Source: an uncultured delta proteobacterium (GTDB lineage Bacteria; Myxococcota_A; Polyangia; Palsa-1104). Taken from it: a DNA stretch of 60,701 nucleotides. Made by a program: the position numbers and the translations under genes. Shown piece by piece: positions 1-9,977 of the stretch (position 1 is its first letter; each line of letters starts with the position of its first letter). The stretch spans positions 1-60,701 of the forward strand of contig CAWAWS010000012.1 of NCBI GenBank assembly GCA_963785725.1, read 5' to 3'. A model generated the notes under the pieces. That model was not told where the DNA came from and searched no databases. It saw nothing but the letters and a program-made list of their open reading frames with translations.

Positions 1-87
1 CACGGCGACGGCGGCGCAGGCGGCGGCGAGCCGCTCTTCGCCGTCGGCGACGGCGCGATGGGGATCGACCTCCGTCGCGGCGCTCAC
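1..87 (-). CDS. Possible N-terminus of a gene running off the window edge (VSAATEVDPHRAVADGEERL...)
   Basis: GTG overlaps the TGA of the 84..536 ORF (GTGA coupling); open to the window edge. Confidence 0.35.
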   Translation of the reverse strand, partial: MSAATEVDPHRAVADGEERLAAACAAVAV

Positions 88-536
88 GCGGCGCCTCCCT
101 GCAAGCTGACGAAGCCACCGGACGCGTCATCGCCGACGAGCTCAGCCAAGAGCGCCTCGTGATCGGGCAGGATGCGCTCACGAATCAGCTCGCAGGTGCG
201 CGGATCGAAGTCGCCCAGATGATCGTGGTAAGTGAGGCGCGCCGCCTGCTCGGCATCGAGCAGCGTCTGCAGCTCGCCGCGCGGCCCGTTGATCCACTCG
301 TCGTCGCTGCTGTCGTTGGGCTCCGAGTCGAGCGCGAGCAAGCGCCAGGCGAGCGTCAGAGCGTGCTGGCGGTGACGTTCGGCCATGTGACAAGCGGCCC
401 AACGCTCGGGCGCGCTCTGCGCATAGTCGCGCCAGGCGTCGGCGAGCGCGCGCTCACCCGCCTCCAGGCGCTTGAGCTCCTCTACCCGCCCGCGTCCAAC
501 CATTCGTGCGGATTCGCTTTTCTCTGCTGGGCTCAA
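84..536 (-). CDS. Small ferritin-like four-helix-bundle protein
   Basis: Strong SD (GGGAGGTG) before TTG; helical E..H patterns (ERHRQHA, EQAA..Y, DHE) typical of ferritin-like folds. Confidence 0.55.
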   Translation of the reverse strand: MSPAEKSESARMVGRGRVEELKRLEAGERALADAWRDYAQSAPERWAACHMAERHRQHALTLAWRLLALDSEPNDSSDDEWINGPRGELQTLLDAEQAARLTYHDHLGDFDPRTCELIRERILPDHEALLAELVGDDASGGFVSLQGGAA

Positions 537-590
537 CGTTCACCTCCCGAATGGGTTGGTTGCGCGTCGTGTGCCAATTCAGGCGACCGC

Positions 591-627
591 TTGACAAATT
601 GAATGACTAGAATTAGAAATTGGTCAT
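591..627 (+). promoter_or_regulatory. tetR promoter (-35 TTGACA at 591) with operator ATGACTAG-N9-TTGGTCAT (603-627)
   Basis: Imperfect dyad just upstream of the tetR ATG; same arms and spacing recur at 1286-1310. Confidence 0.7.
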
Positions 628-631
628 CGAC

Positions 632-1261
632 ATGGAGCGCGCGAAGAAAGAGGGCATCTTGAAAGCGGCGTGCGGCGCGTTCGCGCGCTTCGGCTTCAAG
701 AAGACCTCGGTCGACCAGATCGCGCGTGACGCCGGGGTCGCGAAAGGCACCGTCTACTTGGCCGCCGAGACGAAGGAGGACCTGTTCTATCAGGCCGTCC
801 ATCGCGAAGTCCGCCAGTACACGGCCGAGCTGGCCAAGGTCATCGATCCGCGCAAGCCGGCCGATCAGCTGCTGGCCGAGACGACCATCGCGGGGCTGAA
901 GTACCTCGAAGAGCGGCCGCTGGTGCGCGATCTCATCTTCGGCAATCATCAGCTCATCCTGCCCGAGTGGGCCGAGCGGCTCGACGAGCTGCGCGCGCTC
1001 GGTCGCACCAACATCATCGAGATTTTGCGTTTGGGCGTGCGGCAAGGGCTGTTTCGCGCCGAGCTCGACGTCGAGGGCGTGGCCGAAATCCTCGAGGACG
1101 TGGCCATCGCCACGCACGTCTTTCACGCCCGCGGTGACGACAAGCAGGAGCGCCTGCAAAAACGCATGCGGGTCGCGTTCGACCTGTTGATGAACGGCGT
1201 TCGCGCGCCGATCGCGTTGTCAGCGACGTCCGGCGCGACCAAGCCGGAGACGCGTTCTTGA
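632..1261 (+). CDS. TetR/AcrR family transcriptional regulator
   Basis: HTH motif FARFGFKKTSVDQIARDAGVAKGTVYL..TKEDL. Confidence 0.93.
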   Translation: MERAKKEGILKAACGAFARFGFKKTSVDQIARDAGVAKGTVYLAAETKEDLFYQAVHREVRQYTAELAKVIDPRKPADQLLAETTIAGLKYLEERPLVRDLIFGNHQLILPEWAERLDELRALGRTNIIEILRLGVRQGLFRAELDVEGVAEILEDVAIATHVFHARGDDKQERLQKRMRVAFDLLMNGVRAPIALSATSGATKPETRS

Positions 1262-1276
1262 GCGTCTCCCTTTTTT

Positions 1277-1317
1277 TGACCGACGATGACCAAAAGTCGA
1301 AGTTGGTCATTCGGTCA
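1277..1317. promoter_or_regulatory. TetR-type operator ATGACCAA-N9-TTGGTCAT (1286-1310) flanked by TGACCG/CGGTCA
   Basis: Perfect 8-bp inverted repeat upstream of the SD (AGGAG) of the next gene. Confidence 0.75.
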
Positions 1318-1330
1318 TAGGAGAAGAGCC

Positions 1331-2062
1331 ATGAAGCTGCGTGACAGAATCACCCTTCGCTTCATCGACCGCGTCATCACGTCGCCGGAAGGTCGCGCGC
1401 ACCTGCTCAACCAGTGCGCCGACGCCGAAGCGAACGGGGAAAGCGGGTTCTTCGAGCACGTCATGGCGCACGTCGACGATCCGGCGCTGCACAAGATGAT
1501 CGGCAAGCACCGCGACGACGAATTGCGCCACGAGCAGCTGTTCTTGGCCGCGCGCGATCGCACCGGCGTCGACGTCGGACCGGTGCCGAACGAGCTCAAG
1601 CTGATCGACCGCCTCGACCGCGCGGTCGGCGGCTTCTTCGCGCAGCCGATCCGTGACCGCCGCGGCATCATGGACTCGTACTTGATGCTGCAGGTGATCG
1701 AGGAGCGCGCGCTGACGCAGTTCGCGCTGTTCGAGCGCGCCTTTCGCGGCAGCGACGACGTGACCGCCGACGCCATCGCCGGCATCGCCCGCGACGAAGA
1801 GCGCCACCTCAAATATTGCCACGCCATCGCCCGTCGCTACGCGCCCGACGCGGCCACGCAGCGGTCGACGCTGGCCGAGCTGCGCCAAGTCGAGGCGCGC
1901 TGCTTCGCCGAGAACGGGCGCGCCAACATGGAGCACCTGTTCGACCACGGCTACATCGCCGTGAATCCCGTCGAGAAACTGTTCTGGAAAGCGGTGCACG
2001 GCCTCGGCTCGCGCGCGACGCCGCCGCTGACCGAGTTCGCAACCATGGAGGCCTCCTCGTGA
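1331..2062 (+). CDS. Ferritin-like diiron-carboxylate protein
   Basis: Two E...DExRH motifs (EANGE..DELRH; EERA..DEERH); SD AGGAG. Confidence 0.8.
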   Translation: MKLRDRITLRFIDRVITSPEGRAHLLNQCADAEANGESGFFEHVMAHVDDPALHKMIGKHRDDELRHEQLFLAARDRTGVDVGPVPNELKLIDRLDRAVGGFFAQPIRDRRGIMDSYLMLQVIEERALTQFALFERAFRGSDDVTADAIAGIARDEERHLKYCHAIARRYAPDAATQRSTLAELRQVEARCFAENGRANMEHLFDHGYIAVNPVEKLFWKAVHGLGSRATPPLTEFATMEASS

Positions 2063-2718
2063 GCTTTTTGAATCGTACGAACCTGATGGTCGGCTCTTCG
2101 ATTGTCGTCGCCAGCTTGACCGGCGGCTGCACGGCGCAAAATACGATGCAGCTGGCGCCGCTCGATCAGCCGGCGATGGTGACGGCCAAAGGCGCGCAAG
2201 CCTCGAGCGAAGTGACGCTGTATCGCCAAGGATCGCTCGACCCGAACGGCTCGCTCGTCAACGTGCACGTACATGACGCGAGCGTGCGGCTGCGCTCGTT
2301 GACGGACGACGAAGTGCAAGTGCAAGCGCTGACGCTGGCGCTCGACGACAGCGATATGTCGGCGACGACGGCGATGCCCGACGGCGTCAAGCTGCGCAAT
2401 CAGACGCTGACCCTCCTGAGCGAGGTCGACGCCACGGCGACGCAAAAGGAGCCGGACGCGCTGACGGCGCACGGCCATTCGTCGCTCGTCTATCACGCGT
2501 CTCTCTTGCTCGCCGACGGCACGCTCTATCCGCTCGGGCCGGTCACCAGCAACGCCGCCGACTTCGACGTGCGCGCCACGCGCTACGAAATGGGTGTGCA
2601 CGTCACCATCGACGCCGGGCCGCAAGGGCAGTGCTGGACCATCCCCGGCGTCATCGACGTCAGCGACTGCTCGCTGTATGTCGAGAGCGATGACGGACAG
2701 GCGGCGGCCATCGAGTGA
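2059..2718 (+). CDS. Hypothetical lipoprotein
   Basis: GTG overlaps the upstream TGA; lipobox-like LTGGC; GC3-rich codons. Confidence 0.65.
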   Translation: MSFLNRTNLMVGSSIVVASLTGGCTAQNTMQLAPLDQPAMVTAKGAQASSEVTLYRQGSLDPNGSLVNVHVHDASVRLRSLTDDEVQVQALTLALDDSDMSATTAMPDGVKLRNQTLTLLSEVDATATQKEPDALTAHGHSSLVYHASLLLADGTLYPLGPVTSNAADFDVRATRYEMGVHVTIDAGPQGQCWTIPGVIDVSDCSLYVESDDGQAAAIE

Positions 2719-2801
2719 CGAATCGGAGTCGACGGATGAATTGACCGCACCCGTCGACACGTCCATCCTCTTGCAATCACCTAGCGAGAGGGGACTCGAA
2801 G

Positions 2802-3284
2802 ATGATGACTCACGTGAACCGCTTCAAACGCATCGCGCTCTTGTCGACGTCGGCGGTCATGCTCGTGGCGGCTTCGGTCGGCTGCGGACCGGGGATGATC
2901 TTGTTCGCCGGGCAGAACGCGCAGCTGCAATCGGGCGTGCAGGTCGTGTTTCAGGAGGCGTTCGCCAAGGACGATATTTTCGTCGTCCACATGTCCGTCA
3001 CCAACCTGTCGCAGGCCTTCTTGAACGTCGATCGTGACGGCTTCGCGCTGCGGCTGCCCGACGGACGCGTGTTGCCGCGCGCCATCGGCACGTTCACGCA
3101 GCACACGCCGTACACGATCCCGCCGGGCTCGTTTCACCAGGTGAACGTCGACTTCCGCGATGCGCCGCGCGACATGCGGCAGATTACGGGCGCGTCGCTC
3201 ATCGTCGGCGGCATCTCGTTCTCGACCGATCCGCGGCCGCGCGTCGTCGGCGAAATTCCGCTCGTGCCGACCGGCAGCCGCTAA
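2802..3284 (+). CDS. Hypothetical lipoprotein (beta-rich)
   Basis: SD GAGGG; hydrophobic signal ending SVGC. Confidence 0.65.
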   Translation: MMTHVNRFKRIALLSTSAVMLVAASVGCGPGMILFAGQNAQLQSGVQVVFQEAFAKDDIFVVHMSVTNLSQAFLNVDRDGFALRLPDGRVLPRAIGTFTQHTPYTIPPGSFHQVNVDFRDAPRDMRQITGASLIVGGISFSTDPRPRVVGEIPLVPTGSR

Positions 3285-3329
3285 CAGCGGCAGCGCGAGC
3301 GCGAGCGACCTCCGCTCGCGTCGCCGCCC

Positions 3330-4127
3330 TCATCGCGGGCCGCGTCCGCCGTCTCCGAGCTGCGGCGAACGCTGCGGCGGGTTCGGCGGCGCCATCGGCG
3401 ACTCGACCGGCGGCGGCGCCGCCACGACCCCCGACACCGTCGCATCCAAGCTGCAACCGCCGTTGGGCTGGTTGGCCTCGACATACGCGAGCGTGCCGTT
3501 GATGGCGTGATCGTGCTCCGTGAGCTTCACCGTCAAGGCGCGCGGATGGTCGACGTCCACTTTGTTGTTGCGCGCCAACACGACCTCGCACTGCTGCTCG
3601 CCGCCGGCGACGATGAACTCGTCCGTCCAATCGGGCGCCTGCGCCAGGTCGAAGAGCACGTAGGTCTCGTGGTCGCGGCCGATGCGGAAGCTGACCTGCT
3701 TCGGAATCGAGTCGAGCGCGGCGCAGCCTTTGCTCTGGCCGCGCGTCTCGGAGACTTTGACGCTCCACGTGCCTTTGTTGTCGCATTCGCCGCGCTTGGC
3801 CGGCGCGCTGACCATCGCGGCGGCCGGCGGCGCCGGTTTGGGCGCGTGCGCGGCCAGCTCGCGCTTCGTCTGCAATACGCACGTTTCGTTCTCGTCGCCG
3901 GATTCACACGCGGACGTGCACTGCTGGTGTTGCTGCGGGCAGACCGCGGCGTGAACCCCGCCGACATCCATCTTGCAGACGTCGAGCGCTTGCTGGCAGC
4001 ACTGGCTGCACACGGCGGTCGGCGGCAGCGCCCGCGAATCGCGCGTCACGCCGTGGCAGCCCGCGACCAGCACGCTCATCGACAACACGGCCGCGCGCCA
4101 CGACCGACGACGAGCCGAAGCGCGCAT
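3330..4127 (-). CDS. Cys-rich hypothetical lipoprotein
   Basis: Signal with LVAGC lipobox; Cys cluster followed by a Pro/Ala linker. Confidence 0.65.
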   Translation of the reverse strand: MRASARRRSWRAAVLSMSVLVAGCHGVTRDSRALPPTAVCSQCCQQALDVCKMDVGGVHAAVCPQQHQQCTSACESGDENETCVLQTKRELAAHAPKPAPPAAAMVSAPAKRGECDNKGTWSVKVSETRGQSKGCAALDSIPKQVSFRIGRDHETYVLFDLAQAPDWTDEFIVAGGEQQCEVVLARNNKVDVDHPRALTVKLTEHDHAINGTLAYVEANQPNGGCSLDATVSGVVAAPPPVESPMAPPNPPQRSPQLGDGGRGPR

Positions 4128-4348
4128 CAAGAGATCCTCATGGCCAACGATAGAAGCAGATAGCGGCGAGCCGACGCAACGATCCATGTCCCCCAAAGCC
4201 CGTGCAGGCGCGCGCAGGCGACGTGGCGCTGTCGTCACCTGCGTCATCGGCGAGACACGCGCGTCGACGCGCGCTGCGTCATTTTCAGCGACGAGAAACC
4301 CAACGCTCCCGCTGGCTTCGCCGCACCATGATCGCTATATTGCCCCGC

Positions 4349-5362
4349 GTGAATCGACAACGAGACGAAAAAGCTTACGCCTCCGAGCGTCAGCTCTTGC
4401 TCGAGCTCTATCGACAAATGCTGACCATTCGCCGCGTCGAGGAAGCTTCGGCCAAAGCGTACGCGCAAGGCAAAATCGGCGGCTTCTTACACCTCGGCAT
4501 CGGCCAAGAAGGCGTCTGCGTCGGCGCCATCTCCGCGTTGCGACCGACGGATTACGTCGTCGGCACCTACCGCGAGCACGGCCACTTCATCGCCAAAGGC
4601 GGCACGCCCAAAGAGTGCATCGCCGAGCTGTTCGGCAAATCGACGGGCACGAGCAAGGGCATGGGCGGCTCGATGCACCTGTTCTCCGCGAAGAACCGCA
4701 TGCTGGGCGGCTACGGCATCGTCGGCGGCCACGTGCCGCTCGCGGCCGGCGTCGCCTTCGCCTCGAAATATCGCAACGAGGACGACGTCACGCTGTGCTT
4801 CTTCGGCGACGGCTCGGTGCCGCAAGGCGCGTTCCACGAGGGCATCTCGCTGGCCGGCCTGTGGAAGCTGCCGATCGTGTTCATCTGCGAGAACAATCAG
4901 TATTCGATGGGCACCCCGCTCTATCGCACGCTCGCCGTGCCCGACGTCACCGAGCGCGCCGCCGGCTACGCCGTGGCCCGCGATCGCTTCGACGGCGACG
5001 ACGTCATGCGCGTTCGCGAGCGCATCGGCGAGGCCGTCGCGCGCGCGCGCAAAGACAAGGTGCCGACGCTGGTCGAGGTCATCACCTATCGCTTCCGCGG
5101 TCACTCGATGTCGGACCCGGGAAATTACCGCACCAAAGACGAAATCGAAGAGTGGAAGAAGCGCGACGCCGTGCCCTTGGCGCGCGAGAAGCTGCTCAAA
5201 GAGTTCGCGATGAAAGAGGACGAGATCGTGTCGCTCGAGGCGTCGATCAAGGCCGAGGTGCAGGAAGCGGTGCGCTTCGCCGAGCAGTCGCCCGAGGCCG
5301 ATCCGAATACGATGTTCGACTTCGTCTACGCGCAGCCCGGCACCGACCCGAGGAAAATGTAG
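4349..5362 (+). CDS. pdhA: Pyruvate dehydrogenase E1 alpha
   Basis: GKIGGFLHL, GGSMH, TPP motif GDG..ENN, YRFRGHSMSDPG. Confidence 0.95.
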   Translation: MNRQRDEKAYASERQLLLELYRQMLTIRRVEEASAKAYAQGKIGGFLHLGIGQEGVCVGAISALRPTDYVVGTYREHGHFIAKGGTPKECIAELFGKSTGTSKGMGGSMHLFSAKNRMLGGYGIVGGHVPLAAGVAFASKYRNEDDVTLCFFGDGSVPQGAFHEGISLAGLWKLPIVFICENNQYSMGTPLYRTLAVPDVTERAAGYAVARDRFDGDDVMRVRERIGEAVARARKDKVPTLVEVITYRFRGHSMSDPGNYRTKDEIEEWKKRDAVPLAREKLLKEFAMKEDEIVSLEASIKAEVQEAVRFAEQSPEADPNTMFDFVYAQPGTDPRKM

Positions 5363-6363
5363 ATGCGCCTCTCCTATCGTGAAGCGTTGAACCAGGCCAT
5401 GTCCGAGGAGATGGAGCGCGATCCGTCCATTTTCCTCATGGGCGAAGAGGTCGGCCACTATCAAGGCGCGTACAAAGTCTCGCAAGGCATGCTGCAGAAG
5501 TTCGGCGAGCAGCGCGTCGATCGACACGCCGATCGCCGAGTGCGGCTTCGTCGGCGTCGGCATCGGCGCGGCCATGGTCGGCTTGCGTCCGGTCATCGAG
5601 CTCATGACGTGGAACTTCTCGCTCGTCGCCATCGATCAGATCGTCAACAACGCGGCCAAGATTCGCCTGATGTCGGGCGGGCAGTTCAAGGTGCCGGTCG
5701 TGTTTCGCGGCCCGGGCGGCGCGGCTGGGCAGCTCGGCGCGCAGCACTCGCAGTGCCTCGAGTACATGTACGCGAACGTCCCCGGCTTGAAGGTCGTGCT
5801 GCCGTCGACGCCGGCCGACGCCAAGGGCCTGCTGAAGACGGCGATCCGCGACGACGATCCGGTCGTGTTCATCGAGGGCGAGCGTGCTCTACGGCTATCA
5901 AGGCGAAGTGCCCGAAGGCGAGTTCCTGATCCCGTTCGGCAAGGGCGACGTCAAGCGCGAAGGCAGCGACGTCACCATCGTCGCCTGGTCGAAGATGGTG
6001 TGGACGCGCGCTGGAAGCGGCCGAGGCGCTGGCCAAAGAGAACATCAGCGTCGAGATCGTCGACCCGCGCACGATCCGGCCGCTCGACGAGGATCTGATC
6101 TTCTCGTCGGTGCGCAAGACCCATCGCTGCGTCGTCGTCGAGGAGGGCCATGGCGTTCAACGGCGTCGGCGCCGAGATCGCGGCGCGCGTGCAGAAGGCG
6201 TGCTTCGACGATCTGGACGCGCCCGTCGAGCGGCTCAATCGGATGGAGATGCCGATGCCGTACGCGACGCAACCTGGAGGCGATTGTGACGCCCGACGTG
6301 CCGCGGATCGTGGCCGCGGTGAAGCGTGCGATGTACCTCGACGAAGCGAGCGCAGCGAGCTAA
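5363..6363 (+). CDS. pdhB: Pyruvate dehydrogenase E1 beta, interrupted by five apparent +1 insertions (~5519, 5883, 6007, 6152, 6267)
   Basis: Conserved blocks ([45 protein letters not shown]) reassemble into one full-length protein across frames. Confidence 0.9.
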
Positions 6364-6378
6364 AGGCGGACCGACAAC

Positions 6379-7743
6379 ATGGCCTCTATCATTACAATGC
6401 CGCGCCTGTCGCCCACGATGGAAGAGGGCGTGCTGGCGAAATGGACCAAGAAAGAGGGCGACAAGATCACGCCCGGAGACGTCATCGCCGAGGTCGAGAC
6501 CGACAAGGCGAACATGGAGTTTCCGATCGAGGACGAGGGCGTGCTGTTGAAGCTGCTCGTCGCGGAAGGCGATACTGTCAAGCTCGGCGATCCGGTGGCG
6601 GTGATGGGCGACGCCGGTGAAGATCCGGCGGCGGCGATGAAGGACTTCAAGGCGGCGCCGAAAGCGGACGCGACGCCGGCCAAAGCGGAAGCCAAAGCCG
6701 AAGCGGCGCCGAAAGCCGCGCCGGCGAAGGCCGAAGCCGCCGCGCCCAAGCCGCAAGCGGCGCCGGTGAAGGCCGACGTGAAGGCCGAGCCGGCGAAAGT
6801 GGCGGCGCCGGCGCCCAAAGCGCAGGTCAATGGCAACGGGCATGGCCGCGTGTTGGCGTCGCCGTTCGCGCGCAAGCTGGCGCTGGAAAAGGGCGTCGAC
6901 TTGCGCGGCGTCGCCGGCTCGGGGCCGCGCGGACGCATCGTGCGCCGCGACATCGACGAAGCGGCCGCGAATCCGCCGGCCGAAGCGACCGAGAGCGACG
7001 TGGTCGAGACGCGCGGTCCGGCGCCGGCGATGGCGAACGATGCGTCGCGGCAAGATACGCTGGCGGCGCCGTCGCAGATGCGCAAGACCATCGCGCGCCG
7101 GCTGGTCGAGGCCAAGCGCGAAATCCCGCACATCTACCTGACGATGGAAGCGGCGATGGACAAGCTGTTCGCCATGCGCGAGCAGCTCAACGAGTTCGGC
7201 GACGTCAAAGTCAGCGTCAACGATCTCGTGGTCAAGGCGCTGGCGTTGGCGCTCAAGAAGCTGCCGGCGGCGAACGTGTCGTGGACGGCCGAGGGCATCG
7301 TCAAGCATGGCGCGGCCAACGTCGGCATCGCGGTGTCGCTGCCGGACAACGGGCTCATCACGCCGGTCATTCGCGACGCCGATCTGAAGTCGATCGGCGC
7401 CGTCGCCCGCGAGACCAAGTCGCTGGCGGAGCGAGCGCGCGCCAAGAAGCTACAGCCGGCCGAGTATTCGGGCGGCTCGGCGACGGTGTCGAACCTCGGC
7501 ATGTACGGCATCAAGGAGTTCGTGGCCATCATCAACCCGCCGGAATCGGTGATTTTGGCGGTGGGCACGACGGAAAAGCGGCCGGTCGTCGTCGAGAAGG
7601 ACGGGCACGACGTCGTCGAGATTCAGCGGCGCATGACGCTGACGCTGTCGTGCGACCATCGCGTCGTCGACGGCGTGCTCGGCGCGCAGCTTTTGGGCGA
7701 GATCGTGAAGTTGCTCGAGAAACCGATGGGCATGCTGCTCTAA
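6379..7743 (+). CDS. pdhC: Dihydrolipoamide acetyltransferase (PDH E2)
   Basis: Lipoyl domain ETDKA, Ala/Pro/Lys linker, E3-binding GSGPRGRI, catalytic DHRVVDG. Confidence 0.95.
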   Translation: MASIITMPRLSPTMEEGVLAKWTKKEGDKITPGDVIAEVETDKANMEFPIEDEGVLLKLLVAEGDTVKLGDPVAVMGDAGEDPAAAMKDFKAAPKADATPAKAEAKAEAAPKAAPAKAEAAAPKPQAAPVKADVKAEPAKVAAPAPKAQVNGNGHGRVLASPFARKLALEKGVDLRGVAGSGPRGRIVRRDIDEAAANPPAEATESDVVETRGPAPAMANDASRQDTLAAPSQMRKTIARRLVEAKREIPHIYLTMEAAMDKLFAMREQLNEFGDVKVSVNDLVVKALALALKKLPAANVSWTAEGIVKHGAANVGIAVSLPDNGLITPVIRDADLKSIGAVARETKSLAERARAKKLQPAEYSGGSATVSNLGMYGIKEFVAIINPPESVILAVGTTEKRPVVVEKDGHDVVEIQRRMTLTLSCDHRVVDGVLGAQLLGEIVKLLEKPMGMLL

Positions 7744-7762
7744 CCCGCATTACATTCTCACC

Positions 7763-8695
7763 GTGCGCACCACCTTCAAGAAGCTCCCCGTCATCGGAAA
7801 TCCGCAGCCGGAACCGCCAAAGGGGCGCAAGCATCCCGACTGGATCAAAGTGCGGATCCCGTCGGGCGAGAACTATTTCGACGTCCGCCAGCTCGTGCAT
7901 GACCTCGAGCTGCACACGGTGTGCGAGTCGGCGTCGTGCCCGAACATCGGCGAGTGCTGGGATCGGCGCGCGCTCACGATCATGATTTTGGGCGGCATTT
8001 GCACGCGCAGCTGCCAGTTCTGCGACGTGCCGACCGGTCGTCCCGAGCCCGCCGACGCCGACGAGCCGCGCCGCGTGGCCTTGGCGCTGTCGAAGCTGGG
8101 GCTGCGCCACACCGTCATCACGTCGGTCGATCGCGACGACATGGACGACGGCGGCGCGGCGCATTGGGCGGCGACGATTCGCGAGGTCAAGACGGCCTGC
8201 CCGGAGATGACGCTCGAGGTCTTGACCGGCGACTTCCAAGGCGTCACCGACGACGTCGACACGGTGCTTGCCGCCAAGCCGGACGTCTTCGCGCACAACT
8301 TGGAGACGGTGCCGCGGCTGTCGCGGCAGGTGCGCGTGCAGGCGCGTTACGACCGCAGCTATCGCGTGCTCGAGCATGCGCGCAAGCGCGGCGCCGTCGT
8401 CAAAACCGGCCTCATGCTCGGTCTCGGCGAGGAGCTCGACGAAGTGCGCGACGTCCTGCGCGAGCTGGCGGCCTTGGGGACGCACATCGTGACGCTCGGT
8501 CAGTACTTGCGGCCCTCGAAGAACCACCTGCCGCTCGTCCGCTACGTCTCGCCCGACGAGTTCGATCAGCTGAAGCAAGAGGCGCTCGGCTTCGGGATTA
8601 CGCACGTCGAAGCCGGACCGCTCGTGCGCAGCTCGTATCACGCCGACGGTCAGGCCGAGCTCGTCGCGCGCATCGTCGCCCAAGCCTCGTCGTAA
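7763..8695 (+). CDS. lipA: Lipoyl synthase
   Basis: CESASCPNIGEC, radical SAM CTRSCQFC, RSSYHA. Confidence 0.96.
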   Translation: MRTTFKKLPVIGNPQPEPPKGRKHPDWIKVRIPSGENYFDVRQLVHDLELHTVCESASCPNIGECWDRRALTIMILGGICTRSCQFCDVPTGRPEPADADEPRRVALALSKLGLRHTVITSVDRDDMDDGGAAHWAATIREVKTACPEMTLEVLTGDFQGVTDDVDTVLAAKPDVFAHNLETVPRLSRQVRVQARYDRSYRVLEHARKRGAVVKTGLMLGLGEELDEVRDVLRELAALGTHIVTLGQYLRPSKNHLPLVRYVSPDEFDQLKQEALGFGITHVEAGPLVRSSYHADGQAELVARIVAQASS

Positions 8696-8722
8696 ATACT
8701 CACGGCGGTAGCACTTCGCCCA

Positions 8723-8743
8723 ATTGGACCAATGGTTCGACCA
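8723..8743. promoter_or_regulatory. Overlapping palindromes ATTGG-A-CCAAT and TGGT-TCG-ACCA (GntR/FadR-type operator candidate)
   Basis: Dyads read directly; TGGT-N3-ACCA is the core of known PdhR/LldR-type boxes. Confidence 0.5.
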
Positions 8744-8790
8744 CTACGTCGAGCCTTGCCAGCGACGGCGGATTTTGTCATTACCTCGCC

Positions 8791-9858
8791 ATGCGGATTG
8801 CAGTCATCGGGTGCGGCGGAATCGGCGGCGTCGTCGCGGCGAACCTCACGCGCGCCGGCGCCGACGTCACACCGGTCGTCGGCAACCCGGCCGTGGCCGC
8901 GGCGCTGACGGCGCGCGGCTATCGCGTGCGCGAGCTCGACGGCAGCGAGTGGTCGGTCAAGCCGAGCCGCGCGCCGATCTTGGAAGCGGCCGAGAGTGAG
9001 GCGCCGTTCGACCTCGCCATCGTCGCCACGCAATCGACGACGCTCGACAAGGCGCTGGCCGGCGCGCGCGGCCAGCTCGCCGACGACGCGCTCGTCGTCA
9101 CCTGCCAGAACGGGCTGCCCGAAGATCGCGCCCGCGCCATCGTCGGCGCCAGAAAAGCGGGTGGCGTTGTCGGCTGCGTCGTCGGCTGGGGCGCGAGCAT
9201 GATCGAAGCCGGCCTCTACAAACGGACTTCCAAAGGCGGACTGACGCTGGAAGGCGTGCCCGGTGCCGCCGCGCTGGCGCCGATCCTGCTCGCCGCGTCG
9301 CCGGTCGTCGTCGCCGAGGACTTCGCCGGCGTGCGCTGGTCGAAGCTCGCCATCAACTGCGTCACGACGACGCTGGGCGCCATCGGCGGTGTGCCGCTCG
9401 GTCGCCTCTTGTCGCATCGGCCGGTGCGCCGGCTGGCGCTGGAGGTGTTCGCCGAGGTCGCGGCCGTCGCCGCCGCGTCCGGCGTGCGCGTGCAGCCGGT
9501 CGGCGGCACGCTCGACATCGACAAGATCGCCATCAACGAGGCCGAGCGCCACCTTGCCTTCGGCTCGCCGGCGCTGGCCTACAAACACTCGGTCCTGCTG
9601 GCGGTGGGCTTCAAATATCGACGCCTCCGGTCGTCGATGCTGTACGCGCTCGAGCGCGGCCGGCCGCCCGAGATCGACTTCTTGAACGGCGAGATCGTGC
9701 GGCGCGGCGCGGCGCTGGGCGTGCCGACGCCGGTGAACGCCGCGCTCGTCGCCACCGTGCGCGAGATCGAGGCGCGCCGCGTGACCTCGGCCGTCGCCGT
9801 GTTGCGCGCGCTGCACGACCGCGTCGTCGTCGGCAAGAGCTTCGCCGCCGCCGCCTGA
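8791..9858 (+). CDS. panE: 2-dehydropantoate 2-reductase family protein
   Basis: IAVIGCGGIG, QNGL, WSKLAIN, SSML..E.DFLNG. Confidence 0.85.
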   Translation: MRIAVIGCGGIGGVVAANLTRAGADVTPVVGNPAVAAALTARGYRVRELDGSEWSVKPSRAPILEAAESEAPFDLAIVATQSTTLDKALAGARGQLADDALVVTCQNGLPEDRARAIVGARKAGGVVGCVVGWGASMIEAGLYKRTSKGGLTLEGVPGAAALAPILLAASPVVVAEDFAGVRWSKLAINCVTTTLGAIGGVPLGRLLSHRPVRRLALEVFAEVAAVAAASGVRVQPVGGTLDIDKIAINEAERHLAFGSPALAYKHSVLLAVGFKYRRLRSSMLYALERGRPPEIDFLNGEIVRRGAALGVPTPVNAALVATVREIEARRVTSAVAVLRALHDRVVVGKSFAAAA

Positions 9859-9977
9859 GCAACCCGCGCCCAGTCGCCGTCGTCGAACCCTGCGCGTTAC
9901 TGTGGAGCGCGCGGAGCTCGCCGCGCCGCTGCCGATTGGGCGGCATGGCCGGCGCTCACGACCGAGCGGGAGGGTTC

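Noticed and set aside
5363..6363. Programmed ribosomal frameshifting in pdhB
   Set aside because: Five independent shifts with no slippery heptamers; sequencing error is the simpler explanation
6640..6830. Low-complexity repeat in pdhC
   Set aside because: Ordinary Ala/Pro/Lys inter-domain linker of E2 subunits
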